Shown: positions 11,657 through 23,714, counted from the whole stretch's first letter. The stretch is DNA of 57,999 nucleotides, filler included, from Basidiobolus ranarum (GCA_040143965.1; 5 parts of 5 records of this genome joined end to end with filler, not necessarily neighbours in it), one strand, 5' to 3'. The notes: generated from the sequence alone by a model not told the origin. Program-made: numbers and translations.

Positions 11657-12536
11657 GTATTTCCCTACTCGGCTCATTATTTACGTATTATATTTCATCA
11701 AGTATGTCATTTTGTTTAATAAAAGTTACTTTTTGTGATTATTAACATCTTTGGTTTACGTTAGGCTATTATATTTCATGCACTGGACGTTTTTTATGGC
11801 CCATTGGAGTGACCTCTCTTGGTTATTTACAAACAACTCGAGGAAGTTTTCAAGAGTCTAAAGGCTTTTATCATTTTGTGTTAAATTGGGAATATTTAAG
11901 TTGATACATGGCATGTGTTTTTAACCGTAGAAAGAGCATTAGAGATTTAAGCTATTTCCAACTTGGCAGCAAGAATCTTACATACACTTATTATCTCTGG
12001 GATGATTTCAACATTCTTGCGTCGCATTCTCAAATCATAGGCCAAAGATGTTGCTTCAGTCTATGATACATGACACACTATTTAATAGAAATTTATAAGC
12101 ATTGAACAATAGCTGAGTGCTAAATAGATGTACAAGGGAGAGTTTATGATTAATCCTCTCTGACAATATAGCTGTGAGTAATGAGTACATAATTCGATTA
12201 TCGTCCACAAGATGTCACTCTACGTTCACTATAATGTAATTTAGAGATGAGTGTCACTTCATGAGAAGCAATCAATTCCTTTAAATCAGTATTATTGAGA
12301 AGATATTACTATGCCTACATTAAAGGATGAAATCAATTGTGGAAGTGTTGAAATACGTCAATGATATTTGTGACAATCTGATATGAATCAAATATTGAGT
12401 TCAAATATCCGGAAACATTATTAGAAGCAGTTAAGTGTCAACAAGAATACGTAAAACCTTAACCTGAAATAGCTAATATGGCGAGCATCCAATAGTGGAG
12501 AATGCACGGTTACTTACTAACTTTTTGGAAATAGGG

Positions 12537-13250
12537 CTATGTCCTTGGTGTCGGGGGACTATCAGTGGTAGGTTCACCAGTGAATACTTCTTCTTTCTCT
12601 CCAGTCACCAATCCTTTAGAGATAGGCAATGAGTTTTTCTTGTGCAAATGCTTCTTGATCTTCTTAAAAGTTGAGAGACGTCTAATTAGCTTCCTAGCCT
12701 TGATTCGACGCAACTGGCCTTCTTCGGGAGTGACGATCGCTTCTTCACTCAGTAAAAAGTTTGTAATGAGTGCGCCTTTCCCTAAATTAAGGAGAGAACT
12801 AAAGTCAGTGGCTGACACATTAGCACGAGTCACACTTTTACCGGCTCCACAATGAGCGAATTGTAAATGGTGACCATCAGTATCCTCTACCAGAGCCGTA
12901 TCTTCAGTAGCTGTCGTAACCATATCTGTGATCTCCACTGAATCTATGCAACAACTGTATTCCTGGGAATAGCGTCCGGGTCAGTTGTGGATTCTTATCA
13001 GGGATAGTAGTATCCTTGGTGATAGCGTATGAATGGGCAGAACACTCATTGCCTTTTCTTCAGTATCTAACCTTTTGGAAATGGGCAATACCTCCTTCTT
13101 CTGTGAGCACCTCTTGACTTTAGAAATTGATGCAGCAACTTGCCTTCTTCAGAAGTGCAGAAAGTTGGGAATGAGTATACCTTCTAAATTAAGTGGTGGC
13201 CAGAGTGAACATTAAGAGTGTACCAGTAATGGAGTTGATAATTGTTCAGG
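12537..13250 (-). pseudogene. Degenerate two-unit member of the cationic prepropeptide family
   Basis: The downstream unit is open (GALITNFLLSEEAIVTPEEGQLRR-IKARKLIRRLSTFKKIKKHLHKKNSLPISKGL...EPTTDSPPTPRT). The upstream unit is frameshifted but recognisable (LNLEGILIPNFL, TSEEGKL, KKEVLPISKRL, ESTTDPDAIPRN). No intact signal peptide was found. Confidence 0.6.
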
Positions 13251-13419
13251 AATTCGTTTACTGTGGCTGATTAAGCCATATAATTATATTATTCTCTAAT
13301 GAATCGTCTAATCAATTATTTCAATCAGTGAGCCCTGATTTTATTTCTTTATACTTTTGTCAGATAATATGAGATTACTGGCATATGATGAATCATTTGC
13401 TTCTTCATTAGTGAACAAT

Positions 13420-14009
13420 TTAACTAGAGCGATCACCACGACGACCTCTATCTCCTCGGCCACCTCTACCAGTTTTTCCACGATCTCCGCGACCACCTCT
13501 ACCGTTCTTCCACGTTCCCCGCGACCACCTCGACCACTTCTACGAGCTAACCCAGTTTCATCCAGAGATATGTCGTTTTCATTGTCGGCATATTCATCCA
13601 GGATCATATCCGCATCTTCGTCAGCTAAGACTTCATCCAATACTGGCCGGTTGGTGACTACCTCACCCACATTCACAATAGTTGTCACCCTTTCTCTTCT
13701 GGGAAAGATGACTCTCCTGCGTGGCAATCTGCCTCGTCGGAACCTCCTGAATGGGAACCGGCTAAACATGACTCCCAACCTGACACGACGAAGTTGAGCC
13801 TCTTCAGGGGTGAGGTCAATTTCTCCCTCAAGAATCTCCTCTGGGTATACCATGCCCTCTATGGCACCTACTTCAGCCCCATCTCTTGATACGGGCTCAA
13901 TTGAGTCAGGGGATACTTCATTGGCTGGCACATTCTCGATCTCGGTATGACGACCAAGAACTGCAGTGGCTAGTAGCAAGGCACAAGCAACAGAAACATT
14001 AGGAATCAT
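13420..14009 (-). CDS. Secreted prepropeptide with an Arg/Pro-rich core and a Gly/Arg (RGG/RGD) repeat core; 1-nt frameshift at ~13504
   Basis: TATA at ~14071-14080 and signal peptide MIPNVSVACALLLATAVLG. Acidic spacers end in QLRR and LARR. A 33-bp repeat shows that one base is missing at 13503/13504, and restoring it gives 196 aa ending RRGDRSS*. As sequenced, the ORF runs on to 13341. Confidence 0.7.
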
Positions 14010-14539
14010 AATGGCGAATATCTGATTGTAGTCCGAGGAATACTGATAACTGTATATCTTCAATGACCTGACTTATATAGTCTTTTCTTGGCTAATAGAC
14101 TCTGCTACATACTCATATAGTAGAGTGGTCAATTAGGGACCTGTGGGAGTAAACCTGAGTTCTTTACTTTGTTTAACTTTCTTTGTGTGAAGCGCTTAAC
14201 ATTGGACTTATCCCTTGAGGTAGGCTATTCTTTACTTTGTTTTGTAATTTATACATGGCGAGATTGGATGTGCCAAAGTGACGTTGGGCGATTATCTATT
14301 TGACATGGCAATACAGTCATCCCGGAAGTTAGAAATTCGTGGTCAGAGGGCATGGATAACTTGATATAGCTGGCTCTCATATCATACTTTCACATTGTGC
14401 CTGACTTACATTTGCGTAATACTCGATCAGCCACCACGCTATAAGCCTAAATGACGTGTTAATTGGATATCACAGTAACATTAATTAAATATAGACCTCA
14501 TTGACAAAATAGAGTCTGACACAAGTACTAATAGTCAAA

Positions 14540-15010
14540 CTCACAAATAATCCATATTTGTATGGTTGCTAATATTAATGATAATTCCAGAAGATTTAGC
14601 CATACAAAAATACCATGGCTGATTTCTCTTATTGTAGTCTGAGAAATACATATAACTATATTCCTCTTATGGCTAGAAACACATAGTATTTTCTTGACTA
14701 ATTGACTGTGCTATACAATCATGTTGTAGAGTAGTAAGTTATGAGCCTGTGGGAATACATCTAAGTACTTGACCTTGTTTAACTTTGTGGAATTGCTTGT
14801 CATTAGACATATTCCTTCAGGTAGTCTATTCTTTATTTTCTACATAAGCGCTTAATCACTACCGAAGATATATCAAATTTAGTTGTGACAACGACATGAC
14901 AATGCAAACATTCTCTCATATAACATACCTTCACTAAACTTACATGTGATCATCCACCACACCACAAGTTTGAGTAACATTGCTCATTTAATTCGTGGCA
15001 TTTACATTGA
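14540..15010 (-). pseudogene. Truncated duplicate of the promoter, 5'UTR and signal-peptide start of the 14009 gene
   Basis: 14689-14840 aligns by eye with 14083-14240 (offset ~605 nt). The 5'UTR motif GACTACAAT is retained, and an ATG at 14616 is followed by an early TAA and a LSLILAT remnant. Confidence 0.6.
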
Positions 15011-15321
15011 TTGTTAATATGTATCGAGCATATGTATTCAGCCGTAGTTCAATATAGCAAATTGAATCTATGTAAGTTTGTAGTTCTAGAGATATTTTAA
15101 AAGAATCATTGACAATTCTCAAATTTACCAACAACTCACCCAATCCTAGTTATTATATCTTCCGTACTTACCACGATTCAATTTTTTACTTCCACAACCT
15201 CTGATTACCTCTCAGCTTCTATTAGTAAAGTATTCAAATATCCTCTTCACCATCAATAAGCATGATTTTCATTGATTTCACTCAGAAATACAGTGTTAAT
15301 AATCGAAATTTATTTCTAGAG

Positions 15322-15642
15322 TTATTTAAGTAAGAATTTACGCCTCTTTGAAACAAACCCAAGTAAATTCCCTAGTTTACTTAACAACTTCTTGGATGAA
15401 CGTGGTATTAGTTTCCCAAGATTTAAGCGTAGTAATTGGAACTCAGTAGGGGTGAGATCAACCAAGTCATTCAACACAATGTTAGGAATCAAAATTCCCC
15501 CATTAGTTTCTATCAATACCTGTTCACTGAAAGGAAAGGTAGATATCAAAGTGCGAATAGTCCCTCCAGTTGATCCGACTTGATGTGCTGTAATTATTGA
15601 AGCTAGTAAGGTAGTACAGATAAGGGAAATTTTGAAAAACAT
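15322..15642 (-). CDS. Secreted prepropeptide (106 aa) with a C-terminal cationic amphipathic segment
   Basis: TATA at ~15713-15720 and signal peptide MFFKISLICTTLLASIITA. The family motif GILIPNIVLNDLVDLTPTEFQLLR is followed by LNLGKLIPRSSKKLLSKLGNLLGFVSKRRKFLLK*. Confidence 0.65.
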   Translation of the reverse strand: MFFKISLICTTLLASIITAHQVGSTGGTIRTLISTFPFSEQVLIETNGGILIPNIVLNDLVDLTPTEFQLLRLNLGKLIPRSSKKLLSKLGNLLGFVSKRRKFLLK

Positions 15643-16248
15643 AGGTAAAAGTGACAATGATATAGTGGGTTATTACAATGAAGATATAGGAAATTCATAC
15701 TAAACTCACACCTTTTATAATTCTATTCAAGTATCATTTAAAAATCAGTCACACAGGGACTTTCTTTAAAGACAGTCACTTTTATCGTGGTTGGGTATGT
15801 TTTCATTACTTTAACTTCTAAATGAATGATAAGTAGATATTCAACCGGAATTGATATTGGATGCACTTTGATGAATATAAGGAATCTAATCACTTTTATA
15901 CACTATACCAACTCCACTTGCTTATGTTTAGATAGTATTTTTAATGGAAAAATAGAAATCAAGGTAAACAATAACTCTACTAAATCATAAAATTGTCTTG
16001 GAGAAATAATAAGAAGAATCTAAAAAAGTAAAGAAAGCACTGACAACATTTGCAAATCCAACACGCATCACAAGGTAAAAGAAGGTCATATTGAGATGAT
16101 TATAAATGGAGATAATGACAAAATTGGAATGAGGAGTTATCTGGCATTGATTTTGTTGCTCAAACGATGAAACGTAGATCACCTTGAGTAAAGTACCCAA
16201 AAAGCGACTTGATATTACTAACAGACTCAGAATGCTTGCTACTTGGCC

Positions 16249-18687
16249 TTACGAATCTATCAGATTAGATTTACCATAGAACAGCAGATAGGCCAAACGA
16301 TCCGAATGCTCTGCAACCACTTCAGACTCAGGAATGCGAGTGATATTTGTGTCATCCATGTGCAACCATTCATCATTCTGTCGAAGGACATCGCAGGTAT
16401 AATGTCCACCAGCAGCCAACTTGCCATGATGGTACACAACTAGATAGATAGAATGTTAACGGATGTACAAAGTCAAATCTTTATATTTTGAATACCCTAC
16501 CTCCGAGCAATTTATAAGAAATCGGCTTAGAAACACCTTTGGAGGGAGATACAATTTCTGTCACGTAGACAAAGTATGTTAATAACACTCGTATTCATAT
16601 ATGTTTACTTTAGCACTGTTACCTGGGGCAACTTTGAGGTCAATAGGATATTCGATATGCTTGTGAACTTTTTGGATGCCACCAACGCTGTCATACTCGA
16701 ATCGTTTCAGGTGGAGAATCAGCACGGGGGGAAGAGTCTCAATTAGTGTTTGTCTCGTGGCTTCGACCTGTAAGAAGTAATGGTTACGAAATATCTCGAA
16801 TGAAGGAGTATATGATTTCGTCAATACCTGAATACCCTGACTAGTAGTAAAACCATCAATAAGATCAAGTTTGGTCACATTTAACAAAGCGTCTTCAATA
16901 GTATGTACTTCATCAGGCTGAATAGTATTAATAATTAAGATGCATTAGAAGGGCTCAGAAAATGTCACACTACAAATTGATCATTTTATCTTACCGCGAT
17001 ATCAAGCTGGAGGGCTTGGAATGGTTCAAGTGTGACCGAGTCTTTAGAGCCTGGACATCTCAGAATTGATCGAACCTGGCCACCAAAGATCTTCTTGATA
17101 GGGGTTTCCATAACTTCGGTCTAAAATCATGTGATAGTTGTTTAACAAAATAAAATCAAAAATACTGGTAGGTATTGGGAACATACTGCTCGTGTTATAG
17201 AAGTTCTATTGCGTGGGCCAACTTCCATCCATTCACTTGCTCCTTCTGTAACATTGGTACTGTCGTGATTGAGTTGATCAGAATCGTCTTGCAATTCCTC
17301 GATTTTAGGAAGAACTGGCGAACAATAGGAACATTAGTAATCAAAAATAAAAAAATACAATTGCAGCGCCTACGTACTTGACATAAATTCCTCATGCAGA
17401 CCATCCAGAAGGAATCCCAAGAACTCTTCAGCATCCTCTTGTCTTCCCTAAAAGTACGAATCCCAACAGTTAGAATATTAATGTACAATTATGTTTGCTG
17501 GAGGAAGACCTACTCTCATGGAATTGAAGCGTTTGAGACCGCGAAGAGCATCGTAAACATACTCGGGAACAAATGCATCTTCGTACTCAATGGTTCCTAT
17601 AATCATGAAGTCAAAATTAGAAATAGTTGGTTGCTTTCAAATGGCTATGACTAATTTACCTTTAGTTTCTACATCAGGGCCTTCTTGAAATTCATTGACA
17701 AACATCACTCTACGCAACAATCGTTAGTTTCAATAGAAATATAGCAGTACTAAAAATGGATCCTTACAATGAATCGATCAAGGGGGTTTTGCTTTTGAAA
17801 CTGTGAGCTACGTTCTTGCTGATCTCTTTAACAAGAGCATAAAAAGGGGAGATGTGTGCGAGTGGTTGCAAAATCTAAGTTGGACGAAGATATAGTAAAT
17901 ATCACGGAATACTATATTTTAATATCGAGAGAACATACCGCGTTCATGAAGCACATGTTACCGTTGTTGACCAAGCCTCTAGGTCGAATTAGCTTTCCAT
18001 CAAATGAAACCTTGTAATTGTGAAGGACGTCTGCGAAATGGGTAAGTTTACTGTTCAAGTAGCTATCAATTCAATCTTTGAAATGTTGCTTACTATCGAT
18101 ACCGTGTAAAATAGTGTGGCCGTTGGTTTTCGCTGATTTCGTGGTATCCTTCATAGTGCTTGCTTTTTTGGTCGAATCTTGATCTGCGGAATTACTTGAC
18201 TGAGAATTAGCGGCCGCCGCTGCAGCTTTGGCTTTATTCTGATTTTTTACCAAATCAGCCCAACTTTTGGCTACAGGTGGTATGGTTTCAGCAACATGAT
18301 TAGTTGTAGTAGTGGTATCTTGCGATAAGGCTATACAAAGAATGCGGAAGTTTCATTTAGTAGACCTTTATAGATTATAATTGTGTGTAAAATCCTTACT
18401 CGATGGATTTTGGATTTTCCAAGGTAGCTAACACGTGAATAATTGAAGGTAAGTAAAACTCTTAAAGGAATCACTATGCGAATAGAAAAACTACCGAAAA
18501 AGTAGCATAGTAGTCAACAACTTCGTTGATTTCTTCACGACTCAAGTCGCCAAGCGTGTAGTAAGGGTGTGAGATCTACAGATTGTATATGATTGCGATG
18601 GGTGGGGTTGGATTATAAAACAATGTTAGACATAAACCTCAAGAAAAGTATGGTTATAGAAGCTGATGAGATAATTACAGTTTTCAT
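16249..18687 (-). CDS. UBP3: Ubiquitin-specific protease Ubp3/USP10 (multi-exon)
   Basis: Cys box RGLVNNGNMCFMN, QEDAEEFLGFLLDGLHEE, LPPVLILHLKRF and His box YHHGKLAAGGHYTCDV. The N-terminus has LPW and KSWADLVK motifs. The start comes from a 9-nt first coding exon (MKT). Confidence 0.9.
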
Positions 18688-19424
18688 TGGTTGAAATTTG
18701 CGAAAAATAATTAACAGAGAAGGCGATGATATTAAAAAAGTCTAGCAGTTGAGATGTGTTGAATAGAACGATGTAAAATGCGAGTGATTTATAAGTTAGT
18801 ATGTGGTATGCAACATGCTCCAGTAGAGGAAGATCGATAGTGTAGGTATAGGCGAAAGTGTAACAGTAAATCCAAGGAATTGATTTGAAGGAACTTTCTA
18901 TGCTATTTAGGTCGATATTCTTTTCCAGTCGAAAAAAGTAACGAACTGGGATAATGCTTCCAAAATAAAACTAACAAGTCCAAAGATTGAACGAATTAGC
19001 GAGATTCGGCGAAATTGCGTGTTAAAGAATTTGCTAGCACGGTAATGATGAGCGAATTGATAGGTGGAATTCTAGATCCGACTTTTTTCTTTTTTTCAGA
19101 GTTTTGAATATTAGCTTAGCGTACATGCTTCATCAATTATTTAGTCACTACTGTGTGAACAATCAATTATTTCGGTTATTGATTTCGATCAATTATCTTA
19201 GTTAACGTAGTTTAGCAGTGACTCTTTTCTAATAGCTCAATCAGTTCCAATATCATTTAATGTGGAGTATAATGGCGTCAGCAAACTTATCGATTTTAGA
19301 TATAGATAGGTTCCATGAGAGCACCACGTTGAACCAACTCTCTCATTCTTCCCTCTAGCTAACGTAAGTGACTATTTAAGATGTACGATTGCCGTTCTTG
19401 TTATTAATAATTTGTTTCTAGAAT

Positions 19425-19631
19425 ATGGGTTACAGTGTCAACGACGTACTTCTTCTTGTCATTGGATTTTTCCTTCCTCCACTCTCTGTATTTGTTAAAC
19501 GTGGTCTCCACGCCGACTTTTGGATTAACCTTGGTCTTACTTTGCTTGGAGCTGTTCCTGGCATCATCCATGGTTGGTATATTGTCCACAAGTATCGCGA
19601 CTTTGGTGGCGATTATGAAGCCTTGCCTTAG
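19425..19631 (+). CDS. PMP3: Pmp3/Sna family plasma-membrane proteolipid
   Basis: FLPPLSVFVKRG...FWINLGLTLLGAVPGIIHGWYIV matches the UPF0057 pattern. There is a 5'-UTR intron just upstream. Confidence 0.92.
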   Translation: MGYSVNDVLLLVIGFFLPPLSVFVKRGLHADFWINLGLTLLGAVPGIIHGWYIVHKYRDFGGDYEALP

Positions 19632-20076
19632 TTAATGACCCTCCTGTCAAATACCTTTATTGATTACACTAATATCAAGTTGCAGATACCTTTATCATTT
19701 TCTCAATAGCTTTTGATAATCAAATATTAAAACATAACCATACCACACTTAAGTTCATTTTGAAAGCTTTAGATATCAGCTTACCTAGTTTCTTAATTTA
19801 TTACGCACAATATTATATGTTTCACATAATTGTTGTAGCAAAGTGAATGAGAAGGGAGAGAGGGTTTTGATTTGTGTTTCACCTGGAATGCTTATTTCCT
19901 GTTACAGGGAATAAATTGACTTCTATGACAGGGAAAAAGATTGTATGGAAGAAAGGTCTACATTTACACAAAGATGGTCAGCAGGCGACTTGTGTGTACA
20001 TGAAAAAAGAAATGGAATTGCAGCAAAGGAAGGCTTGGTGACGATTTGTGTGGTTAAATGGGTAAAATGCGAGGGC

Positions 20077-22057
20077 TTATTGTTGATTGCATTGGACGCC
20101 GGGACCCCCTCTGCCTTGCTCCTCATCATCTTCGTCATAGGCATTTCCCCCAGAGGAAGCAATAGAGCCAAACTATACAAATGAGTTGAGTGTTTTGCTA
20201 AAGGATCAAATAGGACATTGAGGTTATTACCTGTGAGATTTCTGACTCATGCAAGTGTATCTCATCAACGATTTCTGGATGAGCTGGCTCAGCAGGACGA
20301 GGTGGGAGAAGACTTTCCAAAGTCTAGAGCAGGACTTAGTATACAAACGTTAACTTGCTTTCAAGTAATCATTCACAAACCTTGTATTCAGGATTTGACA
20401 ACCATCCATTAGGAGGAAATTCAACATCGAATTGAACATAAAGGTTACCCTTATCGAAAGGTCTCTTGTATTGAGGCATACCTTCGCCCATAATGCACTT
20501 AATGTCACCTACACACAGCAATTAGTATTGAGAGAGAAAAGGAAACCATACATGATACACTTACCAGGTTTGATAACTTGACCTGCAGGCTGCTTCACAA
20601 CCAAGCCTCTACCGTCCAAGTGAGTTACAATACATTTGGAAAATCCACAAATAGCCTCAGTTAATGTAATTTTAACTTTGGTTAATAAATCAGCTCCTTT
20701 TCTTTCAAATGTATCGTTCTCTTGTTGTTTCAAGACCAAAACAACATCACCAGTCTCAATTCCAGGCTGTCAAAAGCACTCAGGTGAGAAATAAATTCCA
20801 TGAGCTAAATTCTGTTGTACCTTACCTCCTGATCACCTTCTTCCTTCATAACGATTTTTTGGCCATCTTTCATACCCTTTTCAATGAATACTTCGAGGAT
20901 CTTGCGTTCGTTGGTGACTTTCTTGCCCTTGCACTTCTTGCATCTATCCTTCTCTTTAATAATTTCACCCTTTCCATCGCCTAATCAATGTGTAAAATAA
21001 ATGGTTATATTCCGTAGAGATGAAACATAAAGAAATCAATAGGACTTTACATGAAGTACAGGCGACTTGCATTTGCTGCATCATACCAGGAGCAATCTGG
21101 CGCATGGTCATCTTAACACCATGACCATCACAGCTGGTACATTTTTTGACTGCACCAGATTTTCCACCCTTGCTGTAATCAAGAGAATAATATTTAGTCG
21201 ATGCTAAAGTATTTTCGTTTTCTATACAGTACTAACCCATGGCAATGTGAGCAGATGACGTTCTTTTGGAGAGCCATTTTGGTAGCTTTACCATTATAAA
21301 GATCTTCCAGAGTGACTTTAAGAGGGTGGACAATGTCTTCTCCGCGTTGCTTCCAAGAGCGAGGAGGACCTCCGCCTAAAAACTATGTTAATCAATTTGA
21401 AATAAGAAATAGGCATATGCGGAAGAGCGTACCTCCGAATGATGCGCCACCAAAGCCACCTCCAAAGAATTGAGCGAAAATATCTTCAGGATTCATTCCA
21501 TAATCACCACCTCCATTCATGCCTTCTTCACCAAAGCGATCATAATTCTCTCTATAAATATTTTGTTAATAATGATTACACTATGAGATAGATACATGAT
21601 TTCGGGCCAACCTCTTTTCAGAATCACTGAGTATCTCGTATGCATGACTAATTTCTTTGAACTATATAGTTATAAATTTCATATAAGTACTTGTATTAAA
21701 AATTCAATATTGAAGAACAAATGTACCTTTTCGCCTTCGTCAGGATTCTTGTCAGGGTGAAATTTCATGGCCTTTAAAGAGCAAAGAGTACATTAGATTA
21801 TATAGTGCACGATAATGTATTTCCATGTTAAAGATGTATATGAGAGCGAAATGGACTTCTACAGGACATGGTAGCCTTGGGCAATAAGTTTTATCTTCTA
21901 AAAAATACTAACCAGTTTGCGATAAGCCTGACGAAATGTAAAATAAAGTAAGTATTGATTTTAACCTCAAGAAGTTATTGAAGTCCAACAATACCTTTTT
22001 GATCTCAGAATCAGTGGCATCTTTTTCGACGCCTAAGATCTCGTAGTAGTTGGACAT
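20077..22057 (-). CDS. YDJ1: Type I Hsp40/DnaJ chaperone (Ydj1/Xdj1-like), multi-exon
   Basis: J domain [29 protein letters not shown], with a 15-nt exon at 21913-21927. It also has a G/F region, CxxCxGxG zinc motifs and a C-terminal CaaX PGVQCNQQ*. Confidence 0.9.
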
Positions 22058-22707
22058 AGTTTAAATGGAGATAACTATGAGTAAATGCGAAGGTATGTAT
22101 AGACCAGTAATAACCGCGCCTATTTTGTGAAGGTAACTTAATGGTAAAGAATACCCGAGCTAAAAATGAAGTACATAAGGACTCGCATCGTTTAATCAGT
22201 AGCCCTAGATCTTAAATTGTTTGTCCCTTGTAGAGTAACTCAAAATTTTCCCAATTTCGTATTTTATTAGATATTTCATTGATTTTTAAATCAACCATCA
22301 ACCACTTGATGACATCGGTTGAATAACCGAAAACGAATCACTCTGGAGTTTTTCTGATTCTTGGATTATATACGGTTGTGAAGTCTCTAAAAGGCAAATT
22401 GATTATTCGGTGATTTTGTCATTTCACTAGATGCATGCGCCATACAGAAGACCTGGACTTGGAGAGTGGAACCTTAATATGAACCAATATACTTCTTCCT
22501 TATCAAATGGATGGGATATTATCATGATTAAGACACAGAAACCCAAAAGACGAGTTTATTTATACGAGGAAGATGATTGTTAGTTAAGTTGCCAAGTCCA
22601 CGTGTGCCACCAACGATAGTCTCGACGTATGAGCACTTCTCATGGTTCTGTCAGTGATGCCGTAGTTGTTCCAACAATTGAGAGTGGATAGAGCACCTCA
22701 TCTAGAA

Positions 22708-23201
22708 GAATAAGCCTGACTATACCTATTTCACACGAAGAAAGTTAATCAAAGTAAAAGGCCTAAATGCATTCCCACAGATTGGCAATATACTATTCTA
22801 CTAACATGAGTAAGTAGCAGAGCCTATCAGCCAAGAAAAGATTATATAGGTCAGGTCATTGAAGATATACAGTTATCAGTATTCCTCGGACTACAATCAG
22901 ATATTCTCCATTACGATTCCTAACGTTTCTGTTGCTTGTGCCTTGCTACTAGCCACTGCAGTTCTCGGTCATCATACCGAGATCGAGAATGTGTCAGCCA
23001 GCGAAATATCCCCTGACTCAATTGAGCCCGTATCAAAAGATGGGGCTGAAGTAGGTGCCATAGAGGGCATGGTATACCCAGAGGAGATTCTTGAGGGAGA
23101 AATTGATCTCACCCTTGAGAGGCTCAACTTTGTCGTGTCAGATTGGGAACCATGTTCAGCCGGTTCCCGTTCAGGAGGTTCCGACGAGGCAGATTGCCAC
23201 G
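22708..23201 (+). pseudogene. Inverted, disabled copy of the 14009 prepropeptide gene with its upstream region
   Basis: Close match to the reverse complement of ~13720-14230. The start ATG is changed to ACG (22913-22915), there is a 1-nt deletion at ~23118 and QLRR becomes QLCR. The copy is truncated by the gap. Confidence 0.85.
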
Positions 23202-23301
23202 NNNNNNNNNNNNNNNNNNNNNNNNNNNNNNNNNNNNNNNNNNNNTTAATTAATTAANNNNNNNNNNNNNNNNNNNNNNNNNNNNNNNNNNNNNNNNNNN
23301 N
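23202..23301. other. Artificial contig spacer
   Basis: N44-TTAATTAATTAA-N44. Confidence 0.98.
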
Positions 23302-23714
23302 TAACTTTGGCATGAGAAAGATGTTCGAAGACAGAGTATACTTTCAGGTATATTGGTGTATGGTGGCTTAGTCATTGCATATGTTGCTTACACCATCTTC
23401 ACATGAAAGCATGGTTCTCGTGACTTTGAGTGTGACCTGGAGGCTATTTATAAAATTCACGTTTCCAATGATTATCTGTCTGAATTGATCTCATCTGGTA
23501 ATTGGAATGGCTTATACATATACATATCCTATGCGTCTAAATATTTAGAAAAAGCAAATCATCTGTACTCAGAATGGCTAATAGTATTAATATGAATTAA
23601 GGAGTACACAAAGTGAATTGAAGTCAACCCTGAAGTTCAAGAATAATGTTTATTTCTGGCAAGGGGATGAGTTGCTTTAAGCATATATGCGTCAAAATGA
23701 AAGACAAAGTAGAT

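Noticed and set aside
13341-13503. Val/Glu-rich C-terminus TVEVVAEIVEKLVEVAEEIEVVVV in the ORF track
   Set aside because: It is better explained as the shifted frame of the Gly/Arg 33-bp repeat.
21775-21912. Longer DnaJ intron as a possible H/ACA snoRNA host
   Set aside because: No convincing hairpin-hinge-hairpin-ACA layout by eye. It would need Infernal or snoReport.
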